64,000 nt of DNA. Source: Kofleriaceae bacterium. GTDB lineage: Bacteria > Myxococcota_A > Polyangia > Haliangiales > Haliangiaceae. Shown in pieces: positions 18,660 through 28,023 of the stretch; position 1 is the stretch's first letter, and every line of letters begins with the position of its first letter. Position numbers and translations under genes: made by a program. The stretch lies in assembly GCA_965215005.1 (NCBI GenBank), contig CBDCCZ010000003.1:224001-288000 (forward strand), given 5' to 3'. The notes below the pieces were generated by a model. That model ran no database searches and was not told where the DNA came from. It saw only the letters and a list, made by a program, of their open reading frames with translations.

Positions 18660-20897
18660 TTATTGATCACCCGCGACGCCCGCGTTCTCCGCGCGCGCCT
18701 TCGCCACCGCCGCACGCGCGGCTCGCAAATCAATCTGCTGCAAGAACGCCAGCTTCTGAGCCGCCGCCACGTCGCCCGAGATTCGCAGCTTGCCGGAGGA
18801 ATACAGCTTTATCGCATCGGCCTTGCCACTCACCATAGCCAGAAAATCGGCTTCCGCGAGGGCAAGCGTGCAATCGGCACTCGCGGCTTCGCCTTGGCTA
18901 ACGCTGCCAGCGGAGTTCTTGAGGTCGATGGTCCAGGTGCTGTCGGGATCACGCAGCTGAAAGCGAAAGACGGTGCGGACGCGCTCCACGAGCGCCGGAT
19001 GGCGTTCGATATGATCGCGGATGGCAACGAACACGTCCGCGCTGGAAGGAGCTTCCGCGGCTTGTCCTGCTTCTGCAATCCCGCCCAGAGTCGGCACCTC
19101 TTGGTGCAGCTCGACCGCCGCGTCGGATAGCACGACCACGTCGCGCTCGACGACCTTGCACTGAAACACAACGCGTTGCGGCGACTCGCGCCACATCTCG
19201 GTCCGCAGCGTCTCGCCAGGAAACACGCTGGCCGCAAACCGCGCCCGGATGCTCTTGAAGTAGTCGGCGTCGCCATTCGGCGCCATCGCCTCGAGCACGT
19301 GGCGGGTCGCATAGCCAAACGTGCACAAGCCATGGAGGATCGGCCGATCGAAGCCGAAGGCTTTGGCAAATCCCGGATCAGCGTGCAGCGGATTCCAGTC
19401 GCCGCTGAGGCGATAGAGCAGCCCCTGCTGGAGCGGAATCAGCTCCTCGCGCACTTCATCCGGCGCGCGCTCGGGAATCGTGCCTTCGCGACTCGGCCCG
19501 CGGTCACCGCCCCAGCCGCCGCCACCACGCACCAGCGCCGTGACCTCATTGCGCATCAGCGTTCTACCCTCGCCGTCGTAGCTGAGGATTTCCGTCACGA
19601 CCAACGCGTGCTCGCCTTTATCGAAGATATCTTTGATGCGGGCTCGATGGCTCAACGTTTGGCTAGTCGGCAGCGGTCGCATCAGCTCCGTGTACTGTTC
19701 ACCGTGCAAGACCCGATCGAGCCCATAATGCAGCCCCGGCGCTTGCTTGCCCTCCACCGCCAGCTGAAGCATTGCGTTGAGCGCTGGAATGACCGCAAAG
19801 CTCGGCAACACCTTCATCCCACTTTCGTGGCGCTCGTACACGAGCTGGAGCTCTTGGTCGTCGGTAGGCCGCGAGCCCGCACCCACGCCGAGCGCATACA
19901 GCGCGACGCTCTTCTCATCATAGCTCGACTGCACCTCTGGATAGGAGTAACCGAGGGCGGCATCCACGTCGATGAGCTCGCTACCGCCCTTGGAAGGTCC
20001 CGCCGCGACATTCTCCATGATCGGTTGCAGGGACGCGGCAACACTATCGGGATGAGTCGCGTGCGCAAAGCTCGTGATGTCACTCCAAGCCTGATCCACG
20101 TCTTCGATGGACGGTGATCGACCGGCGCGGACCATCTTGCCGGCGCTGCGCTCCCAGCGCAGCTTCGAGAAGAATCCGCCGCCTACTTCGAAGATGGCGC
20201 CCGTCTCCTGCGACGACTCGTGGCAGAGGCGCGCGACGAGTGGCGAGACATATTCGGGGCGAAGTGCCGCGACCAGCGGCGCGGGCAGAATCGTCTCGGT
20301 CATGCGCGAGCCGGCGATGGGCGCGATGGTGTTCACCAAGATGTTCTTGCGCCGTCCCTCGGTGGCTAGTGCCAACGCAAAACCGGCGAGGCCGAGCTTG
20401 GCCATTGCGTAGTTTGTCTGGCCGAAGTTTCCATAGAGCCCTGCTGCTGAGGCAGTCATGATCACGCGCCCGTATCCCTGCTCACGCATCAGTGGCCATG
20501 CGGCGTGGGTGACGCGAAAGGCGCCTTGCACGTGGACCTCATACACCTTGTCCCAATCCTCCTGCGTCATCTTGTGAAATGACACGTCGCGCAGGATGCC
20601 GGCGTTGTTGATGACGATGTCGATGCGGCCAAAGGCCTCGACCGCGGCGCGCACGATGCTGGCGCCGTCGCTGACCGAGTCGTAGTTGGCGACGGCCTCG
20701 CCGCCGCCGGCGCGAATTTCTTCGACTACGGCATCCGCGGCGCGGCTCGAGGAGCCATCGCCGGTGATGCTGCCGCCGAGATCATTGACCAAGACTTTGG
20801 CGCCGCGCGCGGCCAAGAGCAGCGCGTGCGCTTTCCCCAAACCGCCACCGGCGCCGGTAACGATGGCCACTCTGTCATCGAATCGTAGTTGACTCAT
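18660..20897 (-). CDS. Multifunctional enzyme type 2-like protein (SDR 3-hydroxyacyl-CoA dehydrogenase + MaoC hydratase 2 + SCP2)
   Basis: TGAGGGLG, NNAGILRD, NYAMAK; hydratase-2 motif YRLSGDWNPLHADP and ILHGLCTFG; C-terminal SCP2 (WTIDLKN...GKLRISGD). Confidence 0.93.
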   Translation of the reverse strand: MSQLRFDDRVAIVTGAGGGLGKAHALLLAARGAKVLVNDLGGSITGDGSSSRAADAVVEEIRAGGGEAVANYDSVSDGASIVRAAVEAFGRIDIVINNAGILRDVSFHKMTQEDWDKVYEVHVQGAFRVTHAAWPLMREQGYGRVIMTASAAGLYGNFGQTNYAMAKLGLAGFALALATEGRRKNILVNTIAPIAGSRMTETILPAPLVAALRPEYVSPLVARLCHESSQETGAIFEVGGGFFSKLRWERSAGKMVRAGRSPSIEDVDQAWSDITSFAHATHPDSVAASLQPIMENVAAGPSKGGSELIDVDAALGYSYPEVQSSYDEKSVALYALGVGAGSRPTDDQELQLVYERHESGMKVLPSFAVIPALNAMLQLAVEGKQAPGLHYGLDRVLHGEQYTELMRPLPTSQTLSHRARIKDIFDKGEHALVVTEILSYDGEGRTLMRNEVTALVRGGGGWGGDRGPSREGTIPERAPDEVREELIPLQQGLLYRLSGDWNPLHADPGFAKAFGFDRPILHGLCTFGYATRHVLEAMAPNGDADYFKSIRARFAASVFPGETLRTEMWRESPQRVVFQCKVVERDVVVLSDAAVELHQEVPTLGGIAEAGQAAEAPSSADVFVAIRDHIERHPALVERVRTVFRFQLRDPDSTWTIDLKNSAGSVSQGEAASADCTLALAEADFLAMVSGKADAIKLYSSGKLRISGDVAAAQKLAFLQQIDLRAARAAVAKARAENAGVAGDQ

Positions 20898-21026
20898 GGT
20901 GATTCCTCGGTCGCAGGAAGACCGTTTCCACGGCAGCGAGCGGAACGCAAAAGCACGTGTTGCTTCTGCCTAGGCTCGAGGCTGTGATTGTACGCGAGGA
21001 ATCGCCGCCAGAGGCACCGAGAGAAG

Positions 21027-21353
21027 CTAGGACATGAACATGTCGAGCGCTCGCGTCGTCGCGGCCGTAGCGACGCCATACCCCACATGCGCGGCCAACG
21101 TCGTGATGTGCATCGATGGTGGATGCTCCGTCGGCTTCTCGCCAAGGCCGAGCAGCGGAACCGCGAGCTCATCGCCAAGGGCCCACAGACCGACGCCAAA
21201 CATGGCGCCACCGAGAACATAGAATCCGCGGGCGCGAGGCGCGCGGACGAGTCCGTAGCCGACAGCCATGGTCAAACCGCATCTTTTCTGCGGAGCTGAC
21301 GGCGGTGCAACTGCCGTACTTTCCCACTCGAGAGTCTCTCCGGCAGAGACCAC
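21027..21353 (-). pseudogene. DUF1440-like membrane protein, apparently lacking its N-terminal half
   Basis: FGVGLWALGDELAVPLLGL...P...HITTLAAHVGYGVAT matches the C-terminal half of this family. The upstream part does not look related. Confidence 0.5.
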
Positions 21354-21395
21354 GTAACCTCGACCTCTCGCCCTAGCTATTCCGCCGTGGATGCG

Positions 21396-22958
21396 TCAAA
21401 TGCGCTCACCTCGCGTCACTCGTGCCGTAAGCGAGCGCGCCTGCGCGCGAATCGCCTCGAGCTCTTCCGCAGACTTTCGCTCGAGGTTGCGCAGCTGCAT
21501 CGCCATCCGACGATTGTCGGAGAAGGTCTCGCAGTGACGCGCGAGAAAGTCCCAATAAAGTGTCGTGAAGGGACAGGCGTTCGCGCCAGTGGCGTGACGT
21601 GGCTCGTAGCGGCACTCACGACAGTACCCGGACATGCGCTTGATATAGTTTCCGGAGGCGCAGTAGGGTTTGGTGCCCACGAGGCCACCATCTCCCCATT
21701 GGCTCATGCCGAGCGCGTTGGGCAAGCTCACCCAGTCGATGGCATCGATGTACATTGCCATGTGCCACTCGTGGAACTTGCGTGGATGAACGCCCAGCAG
21801 CTGGCTGAAGAGCCCCAACACCATGAGCCGCTGGATATGATGCGCGTAGCCGTGCTCGATGACCGACTGCATCGCGTCGCGCACACACGCCATGTCGGTC
21901 TCACCGTTCCAGAAAAAGCCTGGGACCTCTCGATCCGCCCGCAGCGCATTGCGCTCCTGGTAGTCGGGCATGTAGCGCCAGTAGACACCACGCACGAATT
22001 CCCGCCAGCCAAGGATCTGGCGTACAAAGCCCTCCACCGCGTTCAGCGGTGCGGCGCCATCGTGATACGCCGTCACCGCCGCCTCCACCGCCTTACGAGG
22101 CGATAACAGCTTGGTATTGAGCAGCGCCGACAATCGCGAGTGGTAAAGAAACTCGCGACCTGGCCACATTGCGTCCTGAAACCTGCCGAACTGCGGCAAG
22201 CGATGCTCGACGAAGTCGCGCAGCAGCGCGAGCGCCTGCGCATGCGTCACCGGCAGCTCGAAATGCTCGAGCGAGCCCGGATGCGCCGCGAATCGCTCGG
22301 CAACGAGCGCGAGCACCTCTTGGGTGATGGCATCGGGATGAAACCGACGCGGCGGCTTACTCCGCTCAGGCCCTGTTGCGGAGAAGCTGTCGCGATTTTC
22401 TTCATCGAAGTTCCACCGGCCGCCTTCGGGCTCATTGTGCCCATGCATCAAGATCCCATGGCGATTGCGCATGAGCCGGTAGAAGCTCTCCAGCACCAGC
22501 GAGCGCTTGCCGTCGGCCCAGCCGTCAAACTCTGCAAACGTGCAGAAAAAGTGGCGGTCAGAAATTACCTCGAGTGGGATCTCTAATGACGCAGCGGCAT
22601 CGCGCAGCTCGGCAAGCACGCGCGCATCGCCCGGCTGGGTGATGACCAGCCGCTCGGGAGCCAGCTCGCGCACGCTGCTCGTCAATACCTCGGTAAAGCT
22701 CTTGCCCAGCTCTCGCTCTGGATCGCTTGAGAGCTCGTGATAATGAACCTGCAGCCCCTGCTCGCGCAGCTCGTCGCGAAAATGGCGCATCGCCGATAAG
22801 AAGAACGCGATGCGCAGCTTGTGACACCAGACATGGGTGAGCTCGCGCTCGACCTCCGCCATCCACACCGCATCGCGCGCCGCATCGAAGTCATCGAACA
22901 CCGCCGCCCAACGATCGAGCTGATCCCCGAGCACCAGCACCAGCTTGCGAACCGCCAT
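21396..22958 (-). CDS. Cryptochrome/photolyase family protein, FeS-BCP ((6-4) photolyase-like) class
   Basis: [54 protein letters not shown]. Four Cys for a 4Fe-4S cluster (MAC, YCREC, ACPF). Confidence 0.93.
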   Translation of the reverse strand: MAVRKLVLVLGDQLDRWAAVFDDFDAARDAVWMAEVERELTHVWCHKLRIAFFLSAMRHFRDELREQGLQVHYHELSSDPERELGKSFTEVLTSSVRELAPERLVITQPGDARVLAELRDAAASLEIPLEVISDRHFFCTFAEFDGWADGKRSLVLESFYRLMRNRHGILMHGHNEPEGGRWNFDEENRDSFSATGPERSKPPRRFHPDAITQEVLALVAERFAAHPGSLEHFELPVTHAQALALLRDFVEHRLPQFGRFQDAMWPGREFLYHSRLSALLNTKLLSPRKAVEAAVTAYHDGAAPLNAVEGFVRQILGWREFVRGVYWRYMPDYQERNALRADREVPGFFWNGETDMACVRDAMQSVIEHGYAHHIQRLMVLGLFSQLLGVHPRKFHEWHMAMYIDAIDWVSLPNALGMSQWGDGGLVGTKPYCASGNYIKRMSGYCRECRYEPRHATGANACPFTTLYWDFLARHCETFSDNRRMAMQLRNLERKSAEELEAIRAQARSLTARVTRGERI

Positions 22959-23041
22959 GCCCCTATGATGCGAGCATGCGCCGCCATGTCAGGAGCGCCG
23001 GCACAAAATCGCGCACGACGTATCCTCGACAACCCGCCGCG

Positions 23042-24193
23042 TCATTCCGCCGCAGCAGTCGGGCTGCTCGTGCGGCTACCGAGGCTCTCGCGATAGATTG
23101 CCCGATGCGCCGCCAGAACGTGCTCCCATCCAAAGGAGCTGCGAGCGCGCGCAGCGGCGGCTATTCCCAGCGATCGTGCGCGTGCCGGCTCCCGAGCGAG
23201 CGCGATCGCCACGGCCGCCAGCTCCGGCGCCTCACACAGCAGACTATCGACGCCGCTGGTGATGGCTTCTTCTACGCCACCGGAGCGGGTCGCTATAACC
23301 GCGACGCCCTGCGCCATCGCCTCGCGCACCACCAATCCGAAGGTCTCTAGGCGACTTGGCGACAGCAAGATATCGGATTCGGCATAGAGTCGCGTGACAG
23401 CAGCCGGCTCGAGCCATCCCAGCAGCTCGCAGCGGTCGCGAGCTCGCGCGTCGAGAGCATCGAAGCGCGCACGCCAGCGGCGCTCGGCCCGCGGATTGGC
23501 CGGCAAGCCACCCGCAATGCGAATCACAGCCGTCGGCAGCGCGGCAGCGAGGATCGGCAACAGCTCGAGCAGCTCTTCGATGCCGCAGACGTCGGCGAAG
23601 CGGCCCACATACGCTATCCGCGGCGCGTCGCCAACGGCCTCGCGGCGCTCTTGCACAGCGAGCGACACTCCCAGCGGCGCGATGCGCAGCCGTTTCCAAG
23701 CGCTCGCATAGCTCGCGGTCAATCGCTCCGCACAAAACCGCGACGGCGCGCTCACCAAGTCGGCTTGCGCCACGGCGCGATCTTGCGCAAGCGAGCTCTG
23801 CGTCGGTTGCGACAGGCGGCGCAGGCGATCCTGCTCGCGCTGCAAGACGTGCACGCTGAGCACCGTCGCCGCCCCGAGGCGCTGCGCAAGTGAATGCCCG
23901 AAGTCCCACAGTAAATCGTGATGCACGACGATGACCTCTGACTGCATCGCGACGGCCGCTTCGAAGGCTGTTTGCAGCTGCGCCGAGCTGTGCACCCGAA
24001 GCACGCTGGCACCCTCGAGCTGATCGCGCTCGAGCGGCTTTGCAGTCACCGCGCGCGCGCGGTAGTCGTCAAATGACACGGCCGCCACGGAATCGCCGGC
24101 GGCGCGCTGCGCTCGCAGCAAACCGCCCACCGCGCTCGAAATGCCGCCGTTGCCACGCGGCGGCAGATCGCGCGTTATGTGCAGGACGCGCAT
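23042..24193 (-). CDS. Glycosyltransferase family 4
   Basis: MRVLHITRDLPPRGNGG, YVGRF, PSRLETFGLVVREAMAQG. Confidence 0.9.
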   Translation of the reverse strand: MRVLHITRDLPPRGNGGISSAVGGLLRAQRAAGDSVAAVSFDDYRARAVTAKPLERDQLEGASVLRVHSSAQLQTAFEAAVAMQSEVIVVHHDLLWDFGHSLAQRLGAATVLSVHVLQREQDRLRRLSQPTQSSLAQDRAVAQADLVSAPSRFCAERLTASYASAWKRLRIAPLGVSLAVQERREAVGDAPRIAYVGRFADVCGIEELLELLPILAAALPTAVIRIAGGLPANPRAERRWRARFDALDARARDRCELLGWLEPAAVTRLYAESDILLSPSRLETFGLVVREAMAQGVAVIATRSGGVEEAITSGVDSLLCEAPELAAVAIALAREPARARSLGIAAAARARSSFGWEHVLAAHRAIYRESLGSRTSSPTAAAE

Positions 24194-24305
24194 TCGTACT
24201 GCCCCTTTGAGGTTCCGCGTGCGACTGCGCCGCAGCGCCCTCCGAAAGCAACAAAGCCGCCGCCGAGACGATCGGCGACGGCTTCCCTGTTTCAACGACT
24301 GCTTG

Positions 24306-25999
24306 CTACTGCGCCGTCTGCGCGCCTGCGGCCGGAGCCGTCGCGCTCACCGACGTCGGCTGCGGCGAGAACGACAGCGGCAGAACGACCTTCGTGGTGC
24401 CCGGTACATTGCGCCCTGGGAACGTCCAGGTGTTCGCATCCTGCGCGATGCACTGCGCAACCGCTGCCATGCCGTCTTCGCCGGCGGCAGGCTCGGTGTT
24501 GACACCGGTAACTGCTCCAGTGGCATCGAGCTCGAGGGTAACCTTAACGGCTCCTTGCAGCTCTGGGTTGGCCTGCAGCACCGACTCGTAACACGCCTGG
24601 ACCGCGAGCAGCCGCATGTCCACGCGCTCCTTCATGCGCTCGACCTCGTGCTTACCCTTGGCCGTCGCCGCGCTCTGCCGGGTCTCATCGAGACGAGCCG
24701 CATAGGTTTTGATCTCGCCTGCATTGGCAGGAGCCGGCTGAATGGCGAGGTAGTAATCGTAGAGCTTCTTCGCCGGCGCGTAGTACGCCTCGTCGTACGT
24801 GGTTGCGTAGATGGTGTGAAAGTGGATGGCAATCTTGCCCATCGAGTCGACCACCGCGGCCACGTTGTTGGGATCGCACTCCGCACACGTCGCAGCGATT
24901 TGATGCGCTTCGATCAACGCGTCGGCGGTCTCGCTGGGTTGGTTAAGGCGCAGGTGATAGTTGGCCTCGCGAAACTTCGCATTGAGCAGCTCATTCGGCG
25001 GCACCTGGCCTTCCTTCACTGCAATGGCGGCATCGAGCGCGGCGATGGCTCGCTCGAAGCTACCGATGTTGGCGAGGTTGTCCTGGAGCAGGAACAGCCA
25101 TACGTACTGCGCCTGCGCCGGATCCGCCCCTTTGGCCGCGAGCGCCGCATACAGCGCCTGTGCTTCCTCTACGGAGGCTCCCGTGCGGGCGTAGAACCGA
25201 TGCATGTCTTCGACGATGATCGGCGCGGTCGCGGTGTTGCTCCAGCCGCGCACCGCCATGCCGATGAGCTCACGCGCCTTGTCATAGTTACGCGCGCGAA
25301 ATTCAGCCCAGGCTTTTACGTAGGCTGCATCGGGGTTGGGGCTGGCGGGGTCGATCTCGATCTGGCTAGCAAGCTGCTGCGCCTCTTCGTTGTTGCCCTG
25401 GCGCATCATGATGTATGCGAGCCACGTGCGCGACTGCTGAACCGCTTGCGCCGAGCCCTCTTGAGCGCCGTACTTGTCGACGTGCATGCGAAGCGCCTCG
25501 GCGGCTTCGTTCCAGTTGCCGAGCTGGCCCTCGAGAGCCGCCAGCATGCGCAGCGTGGTCTCGCTGACCTCATCGGCGCGCTCTGCTCGCACTTCGCGCA
25601 GCACCTCGAGCATGCGTGCTTGCTGGCCTGTGCCTGGTCGGCGCTACCCGCCGCTTCTTGCTTCTTTGCTTCGTCCCAGAGCACGGAGGCCAGCTTTTGG
25701 CCTTCGACCTCTTTTGCCGCGCCGCTCGCGCGTTGATAGGAACGCTCGAGCCCTTTGACGTTCGGCCGGCCCTTGACCACGACCTTGATCATGTTCGGCT
25801 CGCCGAGCGCTTCAGGCTGGAAGACGACACCCTGCACGGGCATCTCCGTCAGCTCGACCACCGTATCCTCGCCGGTTGCCTTGTTACCTTCCGCCTGATC
25901 GGGGGTCGTTGGCTGTTCTTGCGTGCCGCCGCAAGCGGTGGTCATCGCTGCCGCGGCAACGAGCGCGGCCATTAGATTGCTAAGTCGATTGTTCAACAC
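24306..25999 (-). CDS. TPR lipoprotein with AgmX/PglI (TonB-C-like) C-terminal domain, split by one frameshift near 25615
   Basis: ORF from 25999 has the lipobox MTTAC. ORF 25613-24306 has TPR-like helices and CYESVLQANPELQGAVKVTLELDATG...QCI...WTFP. Adding one base joins them into ~564 aa. Confidence 0.75.
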
Positions 26000-26161
26000 C
26001 GTATTCTCCCTGCTGTGAACGCAAACGTCGGCGCGGCGTAGGCCTTACGGATCTGGCGTGGGATATCACGACCCGCCCGCCAGATAAAGCCGCTTGGGCC
26101 AGGAGTTGGTCACGCGCCAGCGACTGGCCGCTGCGTGCGCTTCGCGATAGACTCGGGCGCA

Positions 26162-26380
26162 GTGCGTCGCTCCTGCCTCGTCCTCTCGATTCTCGCAGTG
26201 ATGGGGCTACTCCCGGGCTGCGCTCGCGTCAAGCCATATGAGCGCGAGCATCTCTCCCGCCGGTCGATGATCACCGACCGAGATGCCGGCGAGCGCCGGT
26301 TCGGCCAACATCAAGCCGGCTCGCGAGAAGGCGCCGATGGCGGCACTGGCGAGCCCGGCGGCGGCTGCGGATGCAATTGA
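26162..26380 (+). CDS. DUF4266 family small lipoprotein
   Basis: LPGC lipobox, VKPYEREHL, SREGADGG...GGGCGCN C-terminus. Confidence 0.9.
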   Translation: MRRSCLVLSILAVMGLLPGCARVKPYEREHLSRRSMITDRDAGERRFGQHQAGSREGADGGTGEPGGGCGCN

Positions 26381-27477
26381 TGCGGCCGCTTCGCGAGCTC
26401 TGCGTCGTGGTGCTCGCGCTGGGCCTGTCGGCCGTTTCAGCGCAGCGGGTCAGCGCCGATGGCGAGGTCTCAATGCGCGGCGCCTATTATAAGGAGGAGG
26501 CGACTCGGGTGGTCCAACCGATGCTCGACGCTCGCTTCGACGTCGGCGATGACGGCGAGCTCGCGACGCACGGACTGATCGATGCAATTACCTCTGCGTC
26601 CGTGGCGGCCGGTGCGGCGGCAGAGCCGTTCACCGAGCGCCGCTACGAAGCGGGAGCTGCTTACAGCCATCGGCTCGAGGACCTCGTGCTGGGCGGCAGC
26701 GCGCGGTACAGCGACGAGCCCGATTACCAGTCGATCTTCGTCTCCCTGCGCGGCGAGCTGGCGTTGGCGCAGGACAACACCTTGGTCGGCGCCGCCCTCG
26801 CCCGCGGCGCCGATGACATTAGCAACGCGGGTGCTCGCGGCGGTCTTGGCGAACCAATCAGCGGCGAGCTTTCGACCACGCTGGGCTCCCTCTCGATCAC
26901 CCAGCTGCTCTCACCAACCACGCTGATCGGCGCAACCTACGACCTCATGTACCTGAGCGGATTCCAGGAAAATCCTTACCGCACCGTCATCGCCGGCGGC
27001 ACCGCGCAACCGGAACGCGTTCCCGCGACCCGCTGGCGTCATGCCGTGTTCGCCAGCGCGCGGCGGTTCGTGCCCAATACCCGAACCACCGTGTTTGGCG
27101 GCTATCGCTTCTACACCGACGACTGGGGCATCATAGCCCACACGCCCGAGCTACGCGTCATTCAGGAGCTGCGCACGGGACTCGAGCTGTCGGTGCGCGG
27201 TCGCTTCCATACTCAACGCGCCGCCGACTTCTTTCGCGACATTTACGACACCGACGATCCCAACGTCGAGCCTTACCTCACCGATGATGAAAAGCTCAGC
27301 GCGTTTCACAGCTATCACCTCGGCGTCAAAGCAGACGTGCTCCTTGGCATCCTCGGCGTGCACGGCGACTGGAGCCGCGCGCGCGCCGAGTTGCTCGCAG
27401 AATACATCGTGCAAGACAATGACTTCGGCAATGCAGTTCAAGCACAAGCAGCACTCACCATCCCGTTCGATTATTAG
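26371..27477 (+). CDS. DUF3570 family protein (predicted outer-membrane beta-barrel)
   Basis: Signal peptide, DAITSAS, SDEPDYQS, GFQENPYR, ERVPATR, YRFYTDDWGIIAHT. Overlaps the DUF4266 gene. Confidence 0.88.
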   Translation: MQLMRPLRELCVVVLALGLSAVSAQRVSADGEVSMRGAYYKEEATRVVQPMLDARFDVGDDGELATHGLIDAITSASVAAGAAAEPFTERRYEAGAAYSHRLEDLVLGGSARYSDEPDYQSIFVSLRGELALAQDNTLVGAALARGADDISNAGARGGLGEPISGELSTTLGSLSITQLLSPTTLIGATYDLMYLSGFQENPYRTVIAGGTAQPERVPATRWRHAVFASARRFVPNTRTTVFGGYRFYTDDWGIIAHTPELRVIQELRTGLELSVRGRFHTQRAADFFRDIYDTDDPNVEPYLTDDEKLSAFHSYHLGVKADVLLGILGVHGDWSRARAELLAEYIVQDNDFGNAVQAQAALTIPFDY

Positions 27478-28012
27478 TCTGGTCATGCTGCTCGGCGCAG
27501 CCGGCTGCTCCGGCGACGATCGAGTGTGCGGCTCCGCTGATGCGCCCGCCGACGGTCTCACGCTCATGATCGACGGGCAGGCGTTCACCTACGGCGGCGC
27601 CACCTCGTCACCCAACAACGACTGCACCCCGGTGCAGGGCCAAGAACCAACGAGCCTAACGGTCGACCTACGCCAGCTCACGCCGACGCCGCCGGCGGAG
27701 CGATTGCTGGTGTTGTGTCTGCCGCGCCCCGATGCGCTCGGCGAAGAACCAATCGCCATTCCCAGCGAAGAGCTGGTGCAATTGATCGACATCTTCGCCG
27801 AAGCCGACGACTGCTTCATCAGCTTGGATCGCAGCGCCAGCTCCACTGGCACCGCGACCTTCATCGGCTTCTGCGACGCGGGCTCGCACCCGGATGGCTA
27901 TGCGCTCGAGCTCGAGGGCAGCTTCGCTGGCACTCGCACCTGCGAGGGCCAAGCCATGGAAAGCGTGCGCATCGAGCTCGACGGCCGCGTCGCCGTCAAC
28001 CCGCTGCTATAG
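27431..28012 (+). CDS. Hypothetical Cys-containing lipoprotein
   Basis: Signal ending LLGAAGC; overlaps the DUF3570 3' end; start uncertain. Confidence 0.7.
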   Translation: MQFKHKQHSPSRSIISLVMLLGAAGCSGDDRVCGSADAPADGLTLMIDGQAFTYGGATSSPNNDCTPVQGQEPTSLTVDLRQLTPTPPAERLLVLCLPRPDALGEEPIAIPSEELVQLIDIFAEADDCFISLDRSASSTGTATFIGFCDAGSHPDGYALELEGSFAGTRTCEGQAMESVRIELDGRVAVNPLL

Positions 28013-28023
28013 GCGCTGCGCCG

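Noticed and set aside
21396..22958. Photolyase and HTH-PYP as one light-response cluster
   Set aside because: They are ~39 kb apart with unrelated genes between, and I found no shared operator.
24141..25736. Long 531-aa plus-strand ORF (and similar long ORFs at 5906, 10074, 46882, 52520)
   Set aside because: Antisense or alternative frames of well-supported genes; expected at high GC.
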